NCBI RefSeq assembly: GCF_963921235.1
Contig: NC_086097.1
Location: forward strand, 56,854,001-56,918,000
Reading direction: 5' to 3'
From: Mobula hypostoma
Lineage: Eukaryota
Length of the DNA stretch: 64,000 bases
Positions 1-13,979 of the stretch are shown here, piece after piece (the first letter of the stretch is position 1; every line of letters begins with the position of its first letter). The position numbers were made by a program, and so were the translations under genes. Below the pieces are notes generated by a model. It worked only from the letters and a program-made list of their open reading frames with translations, was not told where the DNA came from and ran no database searches.

Positions 1-212
1 ATGGCAGATCAGTTCTGCTCCTGTGTCTTTAATGGCCTTAGTGTAGGTGCAGAGAAGGAATGAGGCCAAGTTGATCATTGTCAATGTTGCATAGCTTTTC
101 AAAATTGTTCAATTTTATTTTTGGCTAAAATTAAGAACAACTTGCCCTGTATCTCCCATGCAAATATTTATGGCTTGAAGAAAAAGGAACTTGCAAATTT
201 TTTTTTTCACAC

Positions 213-288
213 CTGTAAAGTCCCAGACTCGAATGGTGCTATCTGATGAACCAGAGCAGATTGACTTCTCATTAAACTTCAAACAGTA
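213..288 (-). CDS. F-box/WD40 gene exon 10 (YCLKFNEKSICSGSSDSTIRVWDFTG); gene continues beyond the window
   Basis: Acceptor tccctgcag, donor G|gtgtga, WD40 consensus SGSSD..IRVWD. Confidence 0.9.
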
Positions 289-689
289 CTGCAGGGAATA
301 AAATCAAGAGGTGTGAGAAAGGTCATATATAAATTCCGGATAAGAATTCTGCGATTTTTGGAAAATAACAATCAAAATATCAAAGTATAACAAGGAGTAT
401 TTCTGGATGAAACTTAGAATGGAATTCTCAAGCAGAAGATGATAGGGAACAAGTATTTAAAGGATAGGACTCAAAGAAAAGTACACAAAGAAAAAAATCA
501 TGCTGAATATATAACGAGTCAGAGGTATAATTTGATGGTAATCATCAAGCAGTCAGTATGACAGATAGAATTTAAGTTAGGAAGAGTACTGGTTCTTCAG
601 TAACAAGGTATAATCACCTGAAAGTCAAGGTTCTTCCACTACCATGACATCAATGGACAAAGCTTATAGTTACTGAGGGATCTTGTTTC

Positions 690-1215
690 TGAGTGATCTG
701 ATGTTCCCAAAGACTGGAAGGTGGTGAAAGTTTCATTGTTTAAGAAGGGTAGTAAGGAAAAGCCAGAGAATTACAGGCTGATTAGCCTGACATTAGTAGT
801 GGGAAAGTCACTGTGGGATAGGATCTATCAGCATTTAGTTCGATGCAGTTTGATTAAGATGAATCAGCTTGGCTTTGTCAATGTCAAGTTGTGCTCAGCA
901 AGCCTTTTAGAGTTTGTTGAAGAGGTAGCCAAAAAGGTAGATGAGGGTTCAGTAAAAGATGTAGTCCATTTGGTCTTTAACAAGAACTTTGACCAGGTCC
1001 CATATGGAAGGCTGGTCTGGAAGGTTAGGTTACTTGGAGTCCAGGGAGAGCTAATACATTTTACTTTAACATCTGAAGGTTGCTTCTTGGAATAGAAGCC
1101 AGTAACTGGTAGTGTGCCACAGGGGTTGGTGTTGAGACCATTATTTATGTAAGTAATTTGGATGAAATACACAAAGCTTAATCAGTACGTGTGGGTGAAA
1201 CAAAATTGGATGAGT
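690..1215 (+). mobile_element. CR1 LINE RT fragment, decayed
   Basis: LFKKGSKEKPENYRLISLT...FDQVPYGRL. Confidence 0.85.
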
Positions 1216-1284
1216 GCCAGAGGAAGTGGTTGCTGGATCACAGATGCTTTATGTTTGAAGAAAGAAAGAATACAGTAGTTATTA

Positions 1285-1595
1285 TTATATAACCATCAGG
1301 TTTCTTAACTGGAATGGATAACTTCACTCACTACAATTCTGAACAGATTCTACAATCTACAAACTCACTTTCAAAGACTGTACAACTTCTGTTCTCAATA
1401 TTACATTTTTCATTTGCATGATTTGTCTTTTACACATTGGTTGTTTGTTTGTCAGTCTTTATTTACAGTATGTATAGTTTTCTATCATTTCTATTTTATT
1501 TCTTTATTTTTCTGTAAATACCTGCAAAAAATGAATGTCAAGGTAGCAAATTGCAACTTGTACATACTTTGATAATAAAATTTACTTCTGTCTCT
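1285..1595 (+). mobile_element. Rex1/Babar-like LINE 3' tail
   Basis: Ends with the tactttgataataaa..tttact tail shared with other copies in the window. Confidence 0.7.
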
Positions 1596-2129
1596 TTGTG
1601 GCATAAAATACTACAGGAATCACATGGGACTATGACTCAAGATAATCTTTAGAAGATCATTATTCTGAAGACTCCACATGTTGCTGTGTTTCAGCAGTAA
1701 ATAAGCAGATGCAAGTCCTAAAGTGTGAGCTCAATATTACAGTGGAATGCTGTGTAAAGATTTCATGAGTTGTATTGATGCATACCACCTGCTCTAGGAA
1801 AATGCATATGTGATGTCAGCTTGGAGACAGTTGAGAATTCTCTTTTCAGAACACTGGGGCACTAATTTGGCAACATGATAATATTATGACAACAACCGCG
1901 AGAAAGTGAAATCCTTTCTTTATAATGGAAAAGAACAAGTCAGAATGTAGGTCCAAATCAGCACAATTTAAAACTCCTATAACTTCACCACTTTTATAGT
2001 ATCCTACTGTGTCACTTGTGGTTGGTTGAAAGTCCATATTACACAAACAGATGCATTTTTGACTTTTTGTGTATATCTGTACATAGATTGCTGTATAATG
2101 TTAGTGATAGTCCAAGTAGCAAGAGTATT

Positions 2130-3190
2130 ATACAAGGGAAACTCCTGCTTGAGAACTGACTTGTATCCGCTCCAATTTGCTTTACTGGATCAACAGGTCC
2201 ACAGCAAATACCATCTCATTGGCTCTTCACTCAACCCTGAAATATCTGGACAGCAAAAAATGCATACACCAGGATGTTCTTTATTGACTACAGCTCAGCG
2301 TTCAATACCATCAACCCCTCTAAACTAATCAATATCCTTCAAGACCTTGGCCTCAATACCTCCTTGGGCAATTTCCTCACTTGCAGACCCCAGCCAGTTT
2401 GGATTGGCAACAACATCTCCTCCACAATCTGCTTAGCCTCTGCTCTTCTCAGTTTACATTTATGACTATGACTACGCACAGCTCCAATACTATATTTAAG
2501 TTTGCTGACAACAGCACTTTTGTTGGCCAAATCAAAGGTGATGAATCAGCATATAGGAGGGAGATTGAAAATCTGGTTGACTAATCTTAACCCTATCCCT
2601 AATGGATAGTGCCTCAACAACAACCTCTTACTCAATGTCAGCAAGACCAAGGAGCTGATTATTGACTTCAAGAGAAGGAAACCAGAGGTCCATGAGCTGG
2701 TCCTCATCGGGGGATCAGAGGTGGATAGCTTCAGCATTTTTAAATTCCTTGGTATTATCATTTCAGAAAACCTGTCCTAAGCCCAGCACATCAGTGTAAT
2801 TATGAAGAAAGCACTTCCTTAGAAGTTTGCAAAGATTTGGCATGACATCTAAAACTCTGACAAACTTCCGTAGATGTGTAGTGGAAAGTATATTGACTGG
2901 CCCCATCACAGCCTGGTATGAAAATACCAATGCCCTTATACAGGAAATCCTACAAAAAATAGTGAATATGGCCCAGTCCATCAGGGGTAGAGTCATCCCA
3001 CCCTGGAGCACGTCTGTATTTGCAGTTTGTTGTCCTTTACACACTGGTTGTCCACCCGGTGGTTGCAGTCTTTCATTGATTCTATTATGGTTATTGGATT
3101 TATTGAGTATGCCCGCAAGAAAATTAATCTTAGGGTTGTATATGGTGACATATGTACTTTGATAATAAATTGACTTTGAACTTTGAGTTT
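2130..3190 (+). mobile_element. Rex1/Babar-like LINE, RT and 3' end, decayed
   Basis: [26 protein letters not shown]; ttgaactttga tail. Confidence 0.85.
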
Positions 3191-4118
3191 TGACTTATTC
3201 AGTTGGTATGTTAATTATAGTCAATGAGATATTTAGTGTCAATACATCATTGCAATTTTTTTCAATGCACCGGTAAATTTAGTGATGATGTCATTTCATG
3301 TTTCCTCTTCTTATCTGTCCAAGTATTATCTCAAAATGCAGGCTAGTTTTGCTTGCATGTTTTTGATCTTGTTTAAGAAATAATTTCAATATAGTGAGTT
3401 AATGACTATACTAAAATAGGAATCTTGCACATTATGTTAATATTGCACAGTGTGACTTCACCTTATGAGTGTTTTTGTGAAAATGTGAATGATGCAGGAT
3501 ACTTAATTGGTAATGTTTTGTGCTTATATCCTTCATATAAATGTCTATAAATGCCTCAGACAAGGTAAGTTCTAAAATAGAAAGACATTGTGTGATGCCA
3601 TAGAGAGCAAAATATTGCTACAGGCACAGGGTCAGAATACTGGATTCTCCCTCGTACACTAAAATAAGAACAGAAAATGAAGGAAATGATTAAGTTAGGT
3701 AATACTAGTGTCTGTAGAGAAGAAAAGGAGATGAAAATGCTGAGATCAAATGTTATTGAACGAAAACGTTATCTCTCCCTCCAGATGCTGGGGATTTTCA
3801 GCATTTTCTGCTAGTACTGTCCTGATTTTCTTACAGCACACTCAGTGACTAGAAATGTGAATTTGTGGCGATATCATTACAATGTAATTTCGAAATTTGG
3901 CAGTGCTTCAGTTTTCATGAATACCAGTGGATGAACAGTACGTAAATTATTGGGTCTACAAATGACAACACATTTGACGGTGCTATCTCTTGGAGGAGAT
4001 GTTTGTAACACTTTGTTTCACGTTGTCTTACTTTGTCTTTATATTCTCTCTTTAAATTTGAGAAAAAACATTACACTAATATATGGTTTTCATCTGCCAC
4101 CTTATGGAAGCTACTTAC

Positions 4119-4243
4119 CACATCTCCCGTGTGTCCTCGACACCTATGCAGCAATTTTCCACTGTCTACTGACCAGATAAGAACTAAGCAATCCCCTGCT
4201 CCACTCACCACGTATCGACAGTCAAATTGACAACAGTTCACCA
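4119..4243 (-). CDS. F-box/WD40 gene exon 9 (VNCCQFDCRYVVSGAGD...GHTGDV)
   Basis: Acceptor ttcctctacag, donor GTG|gtaagt. Confidence 0.93.
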
Positions 4244-4929
4244 CTGTAGAGGAAAAAGTACACAAAATAACACAATACATTGCATATTTTAACTTTGATT
4301 TTTGTTAAGCTCTTTTCTGTTTTGGAAAAGGATGTGAATTAGTTTAACTCTGAGATTTACTGCCAGAGTTTGCTCTCAGTTTAACTTAATCTCAGGTCAT
4401 ACTTCTATGCAAAAGGTGAACTGGTCACTCAAGGCGACTTGATCTTCTAAGGTAAAAGAATAATTGTTCCTAAGCTATGTTATGAAGGAATACAATCAAA
4501 CCCTTCATAAGGAATCCAAGAAATGTTGTGTGGGGCCTTATAAGAATATTAAGTCGAGCTTTCCTCCCAGCAACAAAAAGGCTGGAGGTGCCATTAGCCA
4601 CTGGAGAACCACAACCACTTAGGACAAGATCCTGTAGGATTCTGTAAGACTATGTTCAACTAAAATCCACAGAAACGTCCATTTTTTTGGTTTTCATATT
4701 TTATCATTATTATTGGGTAGAATGTAAATAGACTGTATGCCATTTGTAATATCAGCTGGTATCTCTTAAAAATTGCATCATGTAACAATTGCCTTCTAAA
4801 AAGCTGCAACATTGTTTAGTGTAGAATTTTCCAAAATATCATCTGCCTTTGTGGGGAAAACAGATAGTTTCCATTGTTCACCTATTAAAGCGACAAAGGT
4901 GATTGAAGCATCAAGACAAGTACGGAAGT

Positions 4930-5577
4930 TTGGGGATCATTTGGGTGTTCTAGTGCTCTGCAGTCTCCGAGAGGATTCTGAGAGGCAGCAGCAGTGTGTA
5001 CGAACCTCATAGCAGGCAGGACAGGGCGCAAGCCGATGTTTGGCTCCATTTGGCCGACTATAGCTTCCGTTTTTCATTGATTAAAGCGACGAGGGAGATT
5101 GAAGCATCATAGTGAGTGCAGAGGGTGAGCGCCAGCTGGTTGCCTTTTGATCAGTTGCTCTGGACCGGAGAGAGGAGAGCCTGCCACTCCGCCCAACAGG
5201 TCTTTTTCTGCATTTTGGATGTGGACTTGAATTGTAAACTCTTTTGTTCAGTCTTATAGTTATTATATTGTGCTTTTTCACCCGATCTTCTCGGGTTTTT
5301 TGTGTGGGGAGGGGATTTGGATGTCGACGTGCCTGATTCATTTTGTTTGTTTTTTTTTTGCAGGAGGAAGGATTTGGGGTTCAATGTGCCTGATCGGTTT
5401 TGTTTGTTTTTTTGTGCAGGAGGAGGGATTTGGGGGTTGATGTGCCTGATCCGTTTTGCATGGTTTTCGTGCAGGAGGAGGAATTTGGGAGTTGATGATC
5501 ATGCTGCCTTTCTTTTTGAACTGAAGAATTTCAGAGATGTTTACTTTGATAATAAAATGAACCTTTGAACCTTTGAA
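4930..5577 (+). mobile_element. Non-autonomous element with Rex1-type tail and an internal ~49-bp tandem repeat
   Basis: About 4 degenerate copies of gcaggaggagggatttgggggttgatgtgcctgatc at 5300-5500; tail gataataaaatgaacctttgaacctttgaa. Confidence 0.55.
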
Positions 5578-5710
5578 AGGCACAGTGTTCATACAGGAAG
5601 CTTTTCTTTGTTTAGTAAAGTACCCTTGCTGTTGGTAATTTAAACTACTGTAGATTTCCAGCATTTTAGGGAAGGAGATGCTGAAAGAATGCCTACTTCA
5701 GTGTAATTAC

Positions 5711-5822
5711 CTTCTGTATGGCCTTTTAGAACAGCTGTACATACTCCTCTCTGTACATTCCATATTCTTACTGTGTGGTCCCAGGATGTGCTGGCAACTA
5801 GATGCTCTTTCATCGTCAAGTG
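5711..5822 (-). CDS. F-box/WD40 gene exon 8 (HLTMKEHLVASTSWDHTVRIWN...GHTE)
   Basis: Acceptor aaacag, donor G|gtaatt; inside ORF 5640-5837. Confidence 0.92.
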
Positions 5823-6519
5823 CTGTTTAGCAAGCAAGTGGTTAGTACAATCTCAAGCAAACATAAATATCCTCATCAAATGCAATGTAAAATACATTTA
5901 CATTGGAGTGTGCTTCATAACAGTCCTGAGCCCATGAAGGGACACAGCTGAGAAATATCACTGCAGTTTCTATATCAATCACTAGGAAGGAAACAAGAAC
6001 ATGGAAAATGTTTTAATATTTTAAATATATATTAGAGTTATCTTATAACCCTGCTTAAAATACATCTGCCCTGTTGGCTATTATTTTAGACAAACAATAT
6101 ATAAACATTCAATGTTCACAAAATGATTTACTTAAAATCTCAATGTGAAATACTTTGGAACACTAGAAGACTGAGGATATTTGTAAAAGATTATCATCAG
6201 ATTAGGAAGGATAAATAGGAGGTTGCTTCCACTTGCAGGTAATTAAAGGCTCAGGATACAGATTTAAAAATCTGGAGCAAAATTAAAAGGGAGAAAAACG
6301 TTTTAACTTTGAGAATAGCTATAGAATGTAATTCACTGACTTACAGGGCTGACATATCCACTAGCTGACCAGAGCAGGGTCTAATCTAATCTGTCTCACT
6401 GATGATAAAGTGTTAGAAGCAGAAAGAGATTTAGAATATAATGAGAACATTTTTGGAAAACATTATTCGAATTTTTGAAATGAATTTGAACTTACATAGT
6501 AAATTGATGATGACATTAC

Positions 6520-6592
6520 CTGAATCTCATCTTCATGACCTCGGAGTATTTTCCCACACCGTCCATCCTGAACTGACCAAACTCGAAGAGTT
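6520..6592 (-). CDS. F-box/WD40 gene exon 7 (TLRVWSVQDGRCGKILRGHEDEIQ)
   Basis: Acceptor ataatcag, donor CAG|gtaatg, phases match both neighbours. Confidence 0.92.
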
Positions 6593-6964
6593 CTGATTAT
6601 CAAGAGATGATAGGATAAAGTAGTATACATCCTCACAAATTAATATAAGATTTCCAATTTTATACAAATATTCATTGTTGTATTTTGGTAATGGCCTTTT
6701 ACTTAAAATTAATAAACATTTTAATGTAATTTGTGTTTACACAAATTTTAGTTGCATTGTACAGTTTATAATATAGCATAAAAAATTAAGTGCCAAGGCC
6801 CAATTCCTCTAAAGAGTTAACTGGTACTGATACACACAAAAAATGCCAGTTTTGACCTTTGATCTGTGCACCAGCCCAGCTCATCAAGAAAGGGAAAATA
6901 TGTCTGGAATTCATGTTTCTGAGAACCGCATAATAATGCTGTATGGAAATATTCTTGTGTGTTT

Positions 6965-7650
6965 TGTGTGTTTGCAAAGATCCAGCATGACATCTAAAAC
7001 TTTGACAAACTGTTATAGATGTGTGGTGGAGAGTATATCGACTGGCTGCATCACAGCCTGGTATGGAAACACCAATGCCCTTGAACGGAAAATACTTCAA
7101 AAGGTAGTGGATAGGGCCCAGTCCATTATGGGTAAAGCTCTCCCCACCATTGAGTACATCTACACGGAGCATTGTCACAGGAAAGCAGCATCCAACGTTA
7201 TGGACCCCTACAAAACAGGTCATGTTCCCTTCTTGCTGCCTTCAGGAAGAAGGTACAGGAGCCTCAGGACTCACAGCACCAGGTTCAAGAACAGTTATTA
7301 CCCCTCAACTAATAGGCTCTTAAACCCAAGGGGATAACTTCACTCAACTTCACTTGCCCCATCACTGACTTGTTCCTACAACCTTTGGAATCGCTTTCAA
7401 GGACTCCATCTCATGTTCTCGAGATATATATTTTTTTGCTTATTTATTTATTATTAGTATTATTATTATTGCTTTTTGTATTTTCACAGGTTGTTGTCAC
7501 ACTGCTTGAACATCCAGTTGGTTGGTTTTTCGTTGATTCTATTAATGTTATTATTCTGTCATGGATTTATTATGTCCACAAGAAAATGAATCTCAGGGTT
7601 GTATTTGATGACATATATGTACTTTGATAATAAATTTACTTTGAACTTTT
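6965..7650 (+). mobile_element. Rex1/Babar-like LINE 3' fragment
   Basis: ESISTGCITAWYG...LLPSGRRYRS...RFKNSYYP. Confidence 0.85.
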
Positions 7651-8052
7651 GTGCATGTGCATAAATTATTGTATAAGTATGTATAATTGATAAGATCCTC
7701 AGCTGTAATGTTCTCCTCAAGTGTTAAAGCCAGTTATATTGCAAGGCTGAGAGAGTAAGAAAGTGGCAAGGCAAGAAAAAGATAGTTAGTTTACCTGACC
7801 TACTAGATTTTATAAGGCTGCAAGATGGACATAATATCTAAGTCTGAACGTACTATGCTGTCAATTTAAAAGTTGTTTTGTTCATGAATTGCAAACAGCC
7901 CTCCAGTTTGGTCTCAGATTGCTGTAAGGTATGAAGAAAAGAAAACATAAAATGAGGTCACATGTTATCCCTTCTGAATTTATGGACCCATTATTAACAA
8001 CAATTTGTTAAGCTGTTGACAATGTTACTTTATTGTAAAATTTGAGTATTAC

Positions 8053-8204
8053 CTATCTAAGCCGGCACTGATCACTTGTGTTCCATCAAAACATAGATGA
8101 TCAATTCCTGAGCTGTGGCCCATCAATGCTCGTAGACAAGTCCCTGTTTCCAATTGGAAAATTCGAATCAAGCTGTCCGCACAACCTGTTACAATGACCT
8201 CTCT
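8053..8204 (-). CDS. F-box/WD40 gene exon 6 (REVIVTGCADSLIRIF...SAGLDR)
   Basis: Acceptor tttttcag, donor AG|gtaata; inside ORF 8049-8294. Confidence 0.92.
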
Positions 8205-8399
8205 CTGAAAAACAGAAATTATTTCTTTAGCTTTTTTTAAATAACAATCATATTCAAAATTGGTTGCATCATAAAGTGAGTATTTTAAAGACAATTTGAG
8301 GATAACAGTTTTATTCAGTTTTCACTCTCAACCCATTCATCAGGTTATCAGTGAATTAGATCTGAGAAGGAATTATTTGGTGAGGTTCTGTTGGCCATC

Positions 8400-10625
8400 A
8401 GAGAACCAGGACCAGATGTGAGAAGAGGGGCAGAGAGCATTCCAAAGGTTAAAGGCTATTACAAAGGAAAACGTGCTAGGCAAACTCAATGGTCTTAAGG
8501 TGGATAAGTCATCTGGGCCAGATGGACTACAGGCAGTGGATGTCAATTACTTGGATTTTCAGAAGGCATTTGATAAGGTGCCACACATGAGGCTGCTTAA
8601 CAAGATAAAATCCTATGGCGTTACAGGAAAGATACCGGCATGGACAGCGGAATAGCTGACGGACAGGAGACAGCAAGTAGGAATAAAAGGGGCCTTTTCC
8701 GAGTGGCTGCCGGTGACTAATGGTGTTCCTCAGGGGTCAGTATTGAGACTGTTGTTTTTCATATTGTTTGTCAATGATTTAGAAAATGGAATTGATGGTT
8801 TTGTTGCAAAGTCTGCGGATAATATCAATTGGTCGGTACAGGTTTTCAGTGCCCTACCAGATACACAACTAAAGCAATGAAAAGAGTGCTACGGTAATGT
8901 GGCGAATTGTGCAAAGCTATTAGACTTGGAGCATTGGAGTTCGGGAGTTCAATTCCAGCGTCCTCTGAGTGTTATACATGGTATATGGTAGGGCATTGAA
9001 GAATGCAGTAGAACAGAGGGATCTAGGAATAATGGTGCATAGTTCCCTGAAGGTGGACTCTCATGTGGATACGGTGGTGAAGAAAGCTTTTGGTATGCTG
9101 GCCTTTATAAATCAGAGCATTGAGAATAGGAGTTGGGATGTAATGTTGAAATTGTACAAGACATTGGCAGGGCCAAATTTGAAGTATTGTGTACAGTTCA
9201 CCGAATTATAGGAGAAATGTCAACAAAATTGAGAGAGTACAGAGAAGATTTACTAGAATGTTACCTGGGTTTCTACTAAGTTACAGAGGTTGAACAAGTT
9301 AGGTCTTTATTCTTTGGAGCATAGAAGGTTGAGGGGGGACTTGATGGAAGTATTTAAAATTATGAGGGGGATTGATAGAGTTGACGTGGATAGGCTTTTT
9401 CCATTGAGAGTGGGGGAAATTCAAACTAGAGGACATGAGTTGAGAGTTAAAGGGCAAAAGTTTAGGGGTAACATGAGGGGGAACTTCTTTACTCAGAGAG
9501 TGGTAGCTGTGTGGAACGAGCTTCCAACAGAAGTGGTTGAGGCAGGTTCGATGTTGTCATTTAAAGTTAAATTGGATAGATATATGGACAGGAAAGGAAT
9601 GGAGGGTTATGGGCTGACTGCAGGTCGATGGGACTAGATGAGAGTAAGAGTTCGGCACGGACTAGAAGGGCCGAGATGGCCTGTTTCTGTGCTGTAATTG
9701 TTATATGGTTATATAATACAACGATAGGTGGAGTGGTAGGTAGTGCTGAGGAAACAATGTGATTGCAGCAGGACTTAGAAAAATTGGAAGAGTGGGCAAA
9801 AAAGTGGCAGATGAAATACAGTATTGGGACATGTATGGTAATGCATTTTGGTAAAAGAATAGTGCAGACTATTATCTAAATGGGGAGAAGGTTCAAACAT
9901 CAGAGGTGCAGAGGGACTTGAGAGTCCACATGCAAGACTCCCAGAAGATTAATTTACAGGTTGAGTCTGTGGTAAAGAAGACAAATGCAATGTTGGCATT
10001 TATTTCAAAGGGAACAGAATATAAAGCAAGGAGATAATGTTGAGCCTTTGTAAGACACTAGTTAGGCTGCACTTGGAACATTGTCAACAGTTTTGGGCCC
10101 TATATCTCAGAAAGGATGTGCTGTCATTGGAGAGAATCCTAAGGAGGTTCACGAGGATGATTCTGGGAACGAAGAGGTTAACATATGAGGAACATTTGGC
10201 AGCTTTGGGCCTGTACTCACTGGAATTTAGAAGAATGCGGGGGGATCTTATTGAAACCTAGAAAAGACTAGATAGGGTGGATGTGGAGAGGATGTTTCCT
10301 TCAGTGGGAGTATCCAGAACTAGAGGCCACAGCCTCAAAATTGAGGGCGACCCTTTAGAACAGAGGTAAGGAGGAATTTTTTTTTTTAGCCAGAGAGTAG
10401 TAAATATGTGGAATGTTCTGCCACAGACTGAGGTGGAAACCAAGTCTGTGTGTATATTTAAGGTGGAAGTTGATTGTTTCCTGTTCGATCAGGGCATTAA
10501 AGGATATGGCAAGAAGACAGGTGTATGGGGTTGAGTGGGATCCAGGATCAACCATGATGGAATGTCAGAGTAGACTTGATGGGTTGAATGGCCTAATTCT
10601 GCTCCTATGTCTTATGGTCTTATGG
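8400..10625 (+). mobile_element. Nested CR1 LINEs: older copy (8400-8825 and 9716-10625) interrupted by a SINE head and a younger CR1 3' end (8965-9715)
   Basis: YLDFQKAFDKVPH; RRLRGDL..VFKIMRG; two distinct CR1 3' tails. Confidence 0.88.
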
Positions 10626-11433
10626 CTACGGAGGGAAAGATAACTGGTAATGGTCCATCAATAGGAAATTAGGGGTATTGGGGCACCACAAATTAGAACA
10701 CTGAGACTTGGGGTCATCAAATAGAAGCCTCAAGGAATTGGGAAAGTTTCAATATTTAGGAACAGATGTTCAGGTCATTTGAGGGTCATCCCATCAGAGT
10801 AGCAAGCTATTGGGAAGGCAGGACCAGAGATAAAAGCAAAGCCAACTATATAGTTGGAATTGGTGCCAACTGGGGATTTGGGAAGGATGGTGAGGGAGAG
10901 GGGTAGATGGAGTGAGATCAATGGATAGAGAAGGGGTGGCTCAAAAATGTAGCTAAGTATGGATTTAACTAAAAATTTAATCTGTCACTGAGAGAACGTG
11001 TTTGTTCTTGGTCTAATCAATGACAATCCCTCCTGAGCTTAATCTCTTCAGCAATACTTTACTAGGCAGTGCATAAATTTCCCAAATTACCAGTGGAATT
11101 TCCATCCTTACAGTGATTTGGGCTTGAACCCAGCCCTCAAAATGAAACAGACATTGTGAAGCGACAATGATGCCCAACCATATCAATCATTTCTTTTGAA
11201 AATTTCTCATTGAATTGTATCATCTCAGAAAAAAAACAAAGAAATAAAAGGAGAGTTTGAAATACAGATCTGTTTGAAACTTTCCACACATAATTTCTCT
11301 GTAGTCTTTTAACAATTGTTTTGACTGATTTGACTGTGTCTTGATTCTGCCTTTTGAACAAGTTAAAGCCTGCTATCATTTTTTTGTTGTATAGCTATTC
11401 TTGCAAATAGCTGCATGAGAAATATTATTCTAC

Positions 11434-11552
11434 CTTAATGCAAACACAGGTGACAGCATCTGTATGGTTATCCAGAACATGCAGACAGCATGCAGTGAAG
11501 AGATCCCATACACGGGCAGTTTTGTCTGAACTTCCACTAACCAGCCATTTCC
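11434..11552 (-). CDS. F-box/WD40 gene exon 5 (KWLVSGSSDKTARVWD...AVTCVCIK)
   Basis: Acceptor tatcacag, donor AAG|gtagaa, WD40 consensus. Confidence 0.93.
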
Positions 11553-12215
11553 CTGTGATAATGGAAGAGGCAGGAAAGATTTAAAATGGAGACAGTGGTG
11601 GAAGAAATCACTAATAAATTCAGCACCTTGTTCAAAAGATAGATTCCACATGGACAAGTTTGACATTTTTAATTTGCCATTAAAAGAACACTATACTTAG
11701 CAAAGTTATACAGCTATTAACATATCAATGTGCACCTCATGAAGTCATTGCTTTGCATGTGCAATTCATAAGAAAGTTTGACGCAAATTAGACTAGGCAG
11801 CTCTTGTGATCTTGTGTATGAAAGAAATTGAAATAAATAGAAAGAATAGTGATATGCAAGGTAGTTGTACTAAAATAAATGACACATATGGAACATTCTT
11901 TGCTTAGTGGTGTTATGTACTGAAGAGGGAACAGGTAGCATCATCCAGCACATTCAAATTGTAGAATTTATGGACTTAACATCATTGATCGCCAGAACAA
12001 CATTTTAAATTTATGGCTTTATTCTTCCTTGAAAAAGCATAAGGCACCCAAAACAAAAACAATATACAGTAGTTGTAACTTCTTTTTACTCATTAACTAT
12101 CCAGCTACTCTCACAGTCTTGGTTCTCATCTGAATAACAACTACTTAGTAAACTTAATTCAGAGTAACCAGTCTCCATGAACAATATACATAAATAAACT
12201 TACAAAAGGAACTTA

Positions 12216-12372
12216 CCAGGCCAGGCAGAGTCTAGGAAAAGAGTACAGTTGAAGTTTTGGCCTGAAACATTGACTGTACTCTTTTCCTAGATGCTGTCTG
12301 GCCTACTGAGTTCCTCCAGCATTTTGAGTGTGTTGCTCAGATTTCCAGCATCTGCAGATTTTCTCTTGTTTA
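12216..12372 (+). mobile_element. Penelope-like pseudo-LTR fold-back
   Basis: Inverted arms aggccaggcag..aggaaaagagtacagt / actgtactcttttcctagatgctgtctggcct. Confidence 0.75.
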
Positions 12373-12608
12373 TGATTAGTCCCTTTGAGACTTGTTTTCC
12401 AAAACAATTCACATGTGCATTATGTCATCAATTCAACAGCATCGCTTACAATGTGTCAAGCCACTTATGTTTTGTCCTTAAACAATGCATTCAGTTGAGA
12501 GGCTGTTACACTAGCCCAATCCTTCAGTATTTGGCAGACTATGGATACAAGAAAGAAAAATCCTTGCAATTCACTTCACTGTCTCTGTTCTTGCTGATTA
12601 TCACTCAC

Positions 12609-12794
12609 CATCACAATCTAGGCAATCCACTCTTTCTTGATGGCCTCGAAGTAAAGGTAGAACCGTATATCTGCCCAATTCCCAGTTTTGATTTAAGTGA
12701 CAAGCCCTAATGTATATCTCCTTCCATCGACAGGTTGGAGACAACGATGGAAAATCAGAAAAATTAGGTCTGTTGTACCTGGGAGATGTGAGAC
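12609..12794 (-). CDS. F-box/WD40 gene exon 4 (linker WKEIY...NWELGRY and start of WD1)
   Basis: Acceptor ttttgtcag, donor G|gtgagt; WK..Y..NW..G linker typical of Fbw7/beta-TrCP class. Confidence 0.93.
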
Positions 12795-13059
12795 CTGACA
12801 AAATAGAGAAGGAATTAACAGTATATTACTAAATCAAAGAATGAAATACTGTATGGTACTTCAGACTAGGCTAGTCCTGCTGATGTGATGTACTGACTGT
12901 CAGTGAAATCCTAAGATTACCTAATCACCACTGGAAATATCCAACTAAATAACCAGCTTTGCTGGAATGTTATTAATCTATAATGATATTTTGTTATAAT
13001 GTCACCCAGATCTTGACAGCACAGATAATGAGCTTGAAACTGAAAACATGTAATATTTT

Positions 13060-13545
13060 TGATACAGCCTGATATAGGAACACCAATGCCTCTGAGCTGA
13101 AAATCTTACAAAAGATAGTGGATTTGGCCGAATACATCTCAGGTAAACCCAACCATTGAGAACATCTACATGAAACGTTGCCATGGAAAAGCAGCATCCA
13201 TCATCAAAGATCCTCACCACTCAGGCAATACTCTTTTCTCGCTGCTGCCATCAGGTAGAAGGTCCAGGTGCCTCAGGACTCACACCACCAGGGTCACGAA
13301 CAGTTACTACCCATCAACCATCAAGCTATTGAACAAAAGGGGATAACTACACTCATCTAAGGACTCTTTTAGTTTGTTATTTCATGCTCATTATTTATTG
13401 CTATTTATTTATACTTACATTGTCCATTGATCCTGTTTACAGCTATTGTTCTATAGATTTGCTAAGTTTTCCCACAGAAAAAGAATCTCTCTATGTGGTG
13501 GCATGTAGGTACTATGATAATAAATTTTACTTTGAACTTTGAATT
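13060..13545 (+). mobile_element. Rex1/Babar-like LINE 3' fragment
   Basis: Homologous to 6965-7650 with the same tail. Confidence 0.8.
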
Positions 13546-13979
13546 TTTTTTGACACTGGTAGTTTTTTGTATTCTTAATACAAATGCAGATAAAAGCAGC
13601 ATGCTGTATGCAGGTATAATACCACTGTAATTTGTTCATAGTGAAAACATATTCTTTTCTGATCATCTGACTGCATATCTGATGCTGTGAAACCACTTGC
13701 TGAATCCGAATAAACATAGAAAACCTACAGCACGATACAGGTCCTTCGGCCCACAAAGCTGTGCTGAACATGTCCTTACCTTAGAACGGCAGAATGTGGG
13801 ATAACACACTGGAAGATTTGCCTTCTAATGCTGATACAGACAATGAGGTGATTACTTTGTTACTTGCTGTATCTATGGGTCCTTCAGTCTTAAATATGTC
13901 ACTGTATTTGTTCCGTACTCTGCGGATTACATTAGCAATAGTATTCCATAAAAGAATTAATCCGGTCTGATATTGGTTG